Positions 58,902 to 64,000 of a stretch of 64,000 nt of DNA are shown here, piece after piece. Position numbers and translations under genes: made by a program. How positions within the stretch are numbered: the stretch's first letter is position 1; every line of letters starts with the position of its first letter. Source of the stretch: an uncultured Acidobacteriota bacterium (GTDB lineage Bacteria; Acidobacteriota; Thermoanaerobaculia; UBA5066; Gp7-AA6); the NCBI GenBank assembly GCA_963764715.1, contig CAVXTP010000013.1, forward strand, positions 1 to 64,000. The letters are read 5' to 3'. A model generated the notes under the pieces. That model was not told the DNA's origin and did not search any database. It saw only the letters and a list, made by a program, of their open reading frames with translations.

Positions 58902-59375
58902 TCAGGGCCGCGCCCGCTCGCGGACGGCGGGCGGGAAGATCTGCTCGATCGCCCGGCGGCGATACGCGAAGATCTCCTCGAGCTGCCGCCGCACGCGCAG
59001 CCGGTGGACGAGGCGGCCGAGAGCGCCGAAGGGCAGGGCGTACTCGACGCGGTCCTCCATCCGCACCCTTCCATCCCGCGGCGAGAAGCGGTGGGTGTGG
59101 ACCCACGCGGCGTAGGGGCCCTTCTCCTGGACGTCCTGGAACTCGAGCGGCGCTCGCCATCGCGTGATGCGCGTGACCCAGCGGAACCGGAAGATCAGCC
59201 AGCGGATGCGGTACTCGATGCGGCAGCCCTCGCCGAGCGCCGCGGGCGGCGCGCCGTGAATGCGGAAACGCAGCCAGGGCGGCGTGATGCGGGCGAGGTT
59301 GCCGGGGTCGGAGAAGAAGGCGAAGACCGCTTCCGGCGAAGCGTCGATCTCCTGGGCCTGCTCGAGGACGTGCAC
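58902..59375 (-). CDS. SRPBCC-family protein
   Basis: VFAFFSDPGNLARITPP...FQDVQEKGPYAAWVHTHRF...IFAYR. Confidence 0.88.
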   Translation of the reverse strand: MHVLEQAQEIDASPEAVFAFFSDPGNLARITPPWLRFRIHGAPPAALGEGCRIEYRIRWLIFRFRWVTRITRWRAPLEFQDVQEKGPYAAWVHTHRFSPRDGRVRMEDRVEYALPFGALGRLVHRLRVRRQLEEIFAYRRRAIEQIFPPAVRERARP

Positions 59376-59436
59376 GGGACGAGCCTATCGCCGCCCATGA
59401 CCCGCGGCCGCGGACTGTCGAGCTCGCGCCGGGGCG

Positions 59437-60447
59437 CTACGGGAGCGGCCGGAGGCCGAAGAGCGGGAGCGTGACGACGTTGTGCAGGCCCGGCGTCGCC
59501 GAGACGACGAACGGGATCGCGTTGACGACCGTGCCGATCGTCGAACGGTCCCCGTGGAAGCCGCCCGCCGCCGTCAGGTGCAGGGCGGGATCGCCTTCGA
59601 TGTCGATTCGGTCGGCGGGATCGGGCGCGCCCACGGCCATCGTCAGGTCCAGAACGACCTTCGCCTCGTCCCCGGCCTGGACGAGCGCGACCTGGTGGAG
59701 CCCGAGCACCCGGCCCGCCGGGATGCCGTCGGTCTCGCGCTCGGCCAGCACCGGCTTGATCGTCTCGGTGATCTCGTGGATCGGCAGCCCCAGTCCGAGG
59801 GCGATGATCGCCGCCGACTCCGAAAGGCCGACGTGCCCGAGCTTCTTCGCGGCCACGCCCGCGAGGAACTCGTCGCGGGAGAGCCCGGCCCCGACCTTCG
59901 CGCGCAGGGGGCCGCGCCGTTTGGCGGCGTCGACCACCCGCGTGACGCGGACCGAGTCGACGCGCACGCAGGCCCCGGCCGCGGCGAGAACCAGCCGGTC
60001 CATCACGAGCCCCGGGTTGACTCCGGTGCCGAGGACGGCGACGCCCTTGGCCTTCGCCTGCTTGTCGATCTGCCGGGCCATGGGCGCGTGCCGCAACTCC
60101 GGATACGCGAGCTCCTCGCAGGTCGAAACGATGTGAAGGCCGGCCGCGATCGCTTCCTCGATCTGCGGCAGCATCGCGTGGAGGCGCGAGCCCGTGCAGA
60201 GCACCGCGACGTCGCCGCGGTGGCGCGAGCCGGCGGTCTGCGCGTAGAGGCCGGCGGCCGTGGGCGACACCGTGATCCCCGGGAAGGCTCCGTCGAGGAG
60301 CTCCGACAGCGGCCGGCCGGCCTTGTCCGGCGCCGGGTCCGCGGCCCCCGCGAGCTCGACCCCCTCGCGGTGGGCGAGGGCCTTGCCGACTTCGATTCCG
60401 ATCGGGCCGAGACCGACGAGGGAGATGCGCGCTTTTGTGGTGCTCAT
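59437..60447 (-). CDS. NAD(P)-dependent dehydrogenase of the DapB-like / 2,4-diaminopentanoate dehydrogenase family
   Basis: GLGPIG, STCEEL, GTGVNPG, GHVGLSES, HGDRST. Confidence 0.8.
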   Translation of the reverse strand: MSTTKARISLVGLGPIGIEVGKALAHREGVELAGAADPAPDKAGRPLSELLDGAFPGITVSPTAAGLYAQTAGSRHRGDVAVLCTGSRLHAMLPQIEEAIAAGLHIVSTCEELAYPELRHAPMARQIDKQAKAKGVAVLGTGVNPGLVMDRLVLAAAGACVRVDSVRVTRVVDAAKRRGPLRAKVGAGLSRDEFLAGVAAKKLGHVGLSESAAIIALGLGLPIHEITETIKPVLAERETDGIPAGRVLGLHQVALVQAGDEAKVVLDLTMAVGAPDPADRIDIEGDPALHLTAAGGFHGDRSTIGTVVNAIPFVVSATPGLHNVVTLPLFGLRPLP

Positions 60448-60466
60448 GTTCGGGGCGGCATTCTAT

Positions 60467-61786
60467 CTAAGCGACGCGGACCTCCGCGGCCGCGGGCCGG
60501 TCCGGGACGCCGCGGAGGAGCCAGAGCGCGACGGCCATCATGAACGCGAGCGAGACGACGGCGAGCCGGTACGCGGTCTCGCGGCCGAGCGGCGCCGAGA
60601 GCCCGTCGACGATCGCGGCCCAGACGAGCGGCCCCACGATGGCGGCCGCCCGCGCCGAGAGCGCGAGGAGCCCGAAATAGCGGCCGGATTCCCCGGCGGG
60701 CACGAGCGTCAGGAGAAGCGGGCGCTCGGCGGACCAGATCCCGCCGAAGGCGAGGCCGACGATGAACCCTCCGATCCAGAATCCGTCGAGAGAGGGCGCG
60801 AGGGCGATCGCAACGAGGCCCGTGATCCAGGCCGCGAGCACGGCGGCGAGCGTCCGGCGCGGGCCCCAGCGGTCGCAGGCGAACCCCGCGAGCGCGGCGC
60901 CGCCGACGGCGGGGATCGTCAGCGTGACGAAGAGGCGGATCTCGCCGCCGGCCGGCAGGCCGAGCACCGTGACGGCGTAGAGGGCCATGAACGAGATCGC
61001 GGTGCCGAGGGCGTCCTGGTAGAAGTAGGACGCGACGACGAAGCGCCGGAGCCCGCGGTGGCGGCCCGCGTCGCGGAAAGCCGAGGCGAGCTCGCCCGCG
61101 ATCGAGCCCCACCGCACCCGCTCCCGTGCGGCGCCGCGGCTCCCGCGGTCCCGGCAGAAGACGAAGAACGGCAGGGCGAAGAGGAGGAACAGGAGGGCCG
61201 TCGGCGTGAAGGCGGCCTCGCGGCCGCCGGCCCGCAGTCCGAGGCCGCCGGTGACGAAGGGCCCGACGAGCAGCACCCCCGCGATCGAGCCGACGTACCC
61301 GAGCGCCGTCCCGACACCTGAGAGCCGGCCGCGGTCCGAGGTCCGCGCGAGCTCCGGCAGCATCGCGTTGTACGGGGGCAGGGCGAGCTGGTAGGCGGCG
61401 TTGGCGAGCGCGAAGGCGGCGAGCAGGAGGAGACGCCCCGTTCCGGCGGGGAGGTGGGCGCGGGCGAGGGGAGCGAAGGCGAGCGTCGCCGCGACGCAGG
61501 CGAGGGTGAGACCCACGACCCACGTCTTGTGGCGGCCCGAGGCGTCCGAGACGGCGCCGACCCAGGGCGCCAGAAACAGCACCGCCACCGACGAGAGGCT
61601 CGTCGCCACCGAGTAGGCGCTCGTGCTCGAGCCCCGCTCCGTCACGATCCAGACGGCGAAGTAGAGAGTCACGATGTTCATCGAGAAGATCGTGTTGGCG
61701 AAGTCGTAGAGGGCCCAGCTCCAGCGCTCGAGCGCGGGGGCGTGCGCCCGCGCGGGCGGCGGGGCGGACCGGCGGGATTCGGCCAT
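60467..61786 (-). CDS. MFS transporter (Atg22/UMF1-like)
   Basis: SWALYDFAN, YNAMLPE...GRLSGVG..LGYVG; about 12 TM. Confidence 0.88.
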   Translation of the reverse strand: MAESRRSAPPPARAHAPALERWSWALYDFANTIFSMNIVTLYFAVWIVTERGSSTSAYSVATSLSSVAVLFLAPWVGAVSDASGRHKTWVVGLTLACVAATLAFAPLARAHLPAGTGRLLLLAAFALANAAYQLALPPYNAMLPELARTSDRGRLSGVGTALGYVGSIAGVLLVGPFVTGGLGLRAGGREAAFTPTALLFLLFALPFFVFCRDRGSRGAARERVRWGSIAGELASAFRDAGRHRGLRRFVVASYFYQDALGTAISFMALYAVTVLGLPAGGEIRLFVTLTIPAVGGAALAGFACDRWGPRRTLAAVLAAWITGLVAIALAPSLDGFWIGGFIVGLAFGGIWSAERPLLLTLVPAGESGRYFGLLALSARAAAIVGPLVWAAIVDGLSAPLGRETAYRLAVVSLAFMMAVALWLLRGVPDRPAAAEVRVA

Positions 61787-61873
61787 CGGGCGCCCGTAGG
61801 ATAGCCTCCCGGCCCGGGCGAGCCGGACGGAATCGAAACCCGGCCGGGAGCGTTGGAGGGCCAGGAGGCACAC

Positions 61874-62203
61874 ATGCGAAGAGCATCTCTGGCGGCCACT
61901 CTGATCGCGGCGAGCCTCCTCGCGGCGTGCGCTTCGGGAGGCAAGAAGGACCCCGGCCTCGGCCTGCGGACGCTCGACTGCGTCGTCGTCGAGCGCGGCG
62001 AGGGCGGGCCGAGCTCCGGATCCGGCCGCGGCTACGCGAGCTCCGGCAACTACTGGATGGTCTTCGAGACGAAGGAGGGCGAGGCCACGTCGCGCTACCA
62101 GCTCGAGGTCACGCGGACGCAGTGGTTCCGCTTCCCCGAGGGCTCCCGGGTCCGGATCACGCTCAACAACAACATCCTCACGGACGTTCGCTCGATCGAG
62201 TGA
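61874..62203 (+). CDS. Small lipoprotein
   Basis: AGGAGG RBS; LAAC lipobox. Confidence 0.8.
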   Translation: MRRASLAATLIAASLLAACASGGKKDPGLGLRTLDCVVVERGEGGPSSGSGRGYASSGNYWMVFETKEGEATSRYQLEVTRTQWFRFPEGSRVRITLNNNILTDVRSIE

Positions 62204-63996
62204 GCCGGCCGCCAGGGCCCCCTCCGCCCGGATCGACCGGGACCGGCGCGGCCTACGCGCGCCGGCGGTGGGAGTGGCTGCTCGTTCCGCTGGTTCTCGG
62301 CGCGGCCTCGGCCGCCCTGACCTGGGACCGCTGGATTCATCCCTTCGTCGACGGCTCGCGCGAGCTCCAGGTCCCGGCGCGGCTGGCGGCGGGGGAGCGT
62401 CTCTATCGCGATGTCGCCTTCTACTACGGACCGGCCGCGGCCTGGATCAACGCGGCCGCGATCCGGGCCGTGGGGCGGCGCTTCGGCGCGCTCGAGGCGA
62501 TGGGCGCGCTCGCCGCGGCCGTCCTCCTCGCGTCGCTCTACCGTCTCGCCCGGCGGGCGGGATCTGCGCTCGCCGCCGGCGCGGGCGTCTCGGTCGCCGC
62601 CGCGATCTGCATCGGGGCGCCGAACGGCGGGGCATTTCTGTTTCCTTACGCCTTCGCCTCGCTCTTCGCGGTGGCGGCCGGGTTCGCGTGTCTCGCCGCC
62701 GCGGCGGGTCCGGCCTCGCGCGGCCGCACGGCGCTCGGCGTCCTCGCGCTCGGCGTCGCGCTTCTCTCCAAGGCCGAGATCGGGGCCGCGGTCGCGGCGG
62801 CCCTGCTCCTCGGCGCGCTGCGCGGGGAGGAAGCCCGCTCCGCCCGGCGGAGGACCGCGGCGATTCTCGGCGGGGGCGTCGTCTTCGCCGCGGTCGGCTA
62901 CGCCGTGGCCTTCCGGGGCGTGGCGTGGGCGGACCTCGTGTCGGAGGGCCCTCTGGTTCTCTTCGCGCCGCCGCCCGAGTGGCGGCAGGTCTACCGGATC
63001 ATCTCGGGCATGGACTCGCCCGGCGCGTCGCTCGCGCGCGGCGCGACGGCGGCGTTCCTCGGCCTGCTCGTCCTCGGGGCCGCGCTCCTCGCGTCGCGAG
63101 CCTCCGCGAAAGACGGGAGACGCGCGGGCGCCGCCGATGCCGCGTGGTGGACGCTGCTCGCGGCGGCGGTCGCGCTCGCGGCGACGGCTGCGGGCGGGGA
63201 AATCGAGGACCGGCTGCCGCCCCTGCTCTCGCCGATGCCGATCGTCGCGGCGGCGGCCGCGCTGGCGCTCGTCGCGAGGGGGACCCGGAACGAGCGCGAG
63301 CGCGCGCGGCTCCTTCTCTTCGCCTTCTCGGCGCTCATCGCGTCCCGCGTCGCCCTGAACCTCGCCTACGGCTACGTCACGACTCCCTACTCCATCCTCG
63401 CCCTGCCCGGGCTCGCGGTGTCGGCCGCCGTGCTCGGCCTCGACGTCCTCGCGCTCCGAACGGCGCGGCCGGCGGCCTTCCGGCGGGCGCTCGCCGCGGC
63501 CTTCCTGGCCCTCGCCGCCGTCGGCCTCGTCCGGCTCGACCGGGCACGCCGAGCGCAACCACGCGTCGCCGTCGAGACGCCCGCCGGAACGCTTCGCCTC
63601 TCCCCGGTCCGGGCCGAGGCCGTGCGCCAGGCCCTCGATTTGATCTCTTCGCTCGCGCTGCCCGGGGACACGCTGTCGGGACTGCCGGAGGCCGGCCTCT
63701 TCAACTTCGCCACCGGGCTCGCGAATCCGCTTCGGGAAGAGCAGATCCTGCCGGGCCATCTCGATCCGGCCGCCGAGCTCGCGGTGGCCCGGCGGATCCG
63801 CGCGACGGGCCCGAGGTTCATCGTCCTCGCCGCGGAGGTCCCGCCCGGCTGGGCCGCGGCGCGCTTCGGCGTCGACTACGCTCGAGAGATCGCCGACGAG
63901 ATCGAGCGGCACTACGCGACGATTGCCGCGCCGACCTTCCCGGGGGGAAGCGGCGCCGTCCTCCGCGTGCTCGAGCGGCGGCCGGACCATCGGTAA
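62200..63996 (+). CDS. Polytopic membrane protein, ArnT/GT-C-like glycosyltransferase candidate
   Basis: DGSREL...GERLYRDVAFYYGP; many TMs; soluble C-terminal domain; GTGA overlap. Confidence 0.6.
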   Translation: MSRPPGPPPPGSTGTGAAYARRRWEWLLVPLVLGAASAALTWDRWIHPFVDGSRELQVPARLAAGERLYRDVAFYYGPAAAWINAAAIRAVGRRFGALEAMGALAAAVLLASLYRLARRAGSALAAGAGVSVAAAICIGAPNGGAFLFPYAFASLFAVAAGFACLAAAAGPASRGRTALGVLALGVALLSKAEIGAAVAAALLLGALRGEEARSARRRTAAILGGGVVFAAVGYAVAFRGVAWADLVSEGPLVLFAPPPEWRQVYRIISGMDSPGASLARGATAAFLGLLVLGAALLASRASAKDGRRAGAADAAWWTLLAAAVALAATAAGGEIEDRLPPLLSPMPIVAAAAALALVARGTRNERERARLLLFAFSALIASRVALNLAYGYVTTPYSILALPGLAVSAAVLGLDVLALRTARPAAFRRALAAAFLALAAVGLVRLDRARRAQPRVAVETPAGTLRLSPVRAEAVRQALDLISSLALPGDTLSGLPEAGLFNFATGLANPLREEQILPGHLDPAAELAVARRIRATGPRFIVLAAEVPPGWAAARFGVDYAREIADEIERHYATIAAPTFPGGSGAVLRVLERRPDHR

Positions 63997-64000
63997 GATA

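Overview
High-GC bacterial chromosomal window. Gene content (Hanks kinase fused to a TolB-like propeller, a protein with a Cys-containing SLH-like tail) suggests Acidobacteriota, possibly Thermoanaerobaculia; this is inference only. 1-10.5 kb: kinase, B12 radical SAM enzyme, a MauG/bCcP-family diheme protein, an SLH protein, a phosphoesterase and a class II aldolase. About 10.5-28.4 kb: an accessory-looking envelope/osmotic-stress cluster with two lmo0937-type peptides, a Zn-ADH, a tandem-repeat secreted protein, lipoproteins, a LysR regulator, a DUF6600-like protein, an SxxC DsbA-like protein, a BON protein, a 2837-aa cyclic beta-1,2-glucan synthase, Cys-rich microproteins and lspA. Three promoter regions in this cluster share a 41-bp motif (candidate LysR regulon), and a two-gene Zn-ribbon micro-module occurs twice. 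28.4-64 kb is mostly housekeeping: purE, icd, cobB, an ABC-2 exporter, pilT, a desaturase, ruvAB, ppiD, mreBCD-mrdA-rodA-rng and a photolyase. It also carries GTAG-type REP elements, heptamer-repeat hairpins, several apparently leaderless genes and a candidate sRNA. I saw no tRNA, rRNA, CRISPR array, integrase or transposase. All family calls come from recognising motifs by eye, not from database searches.
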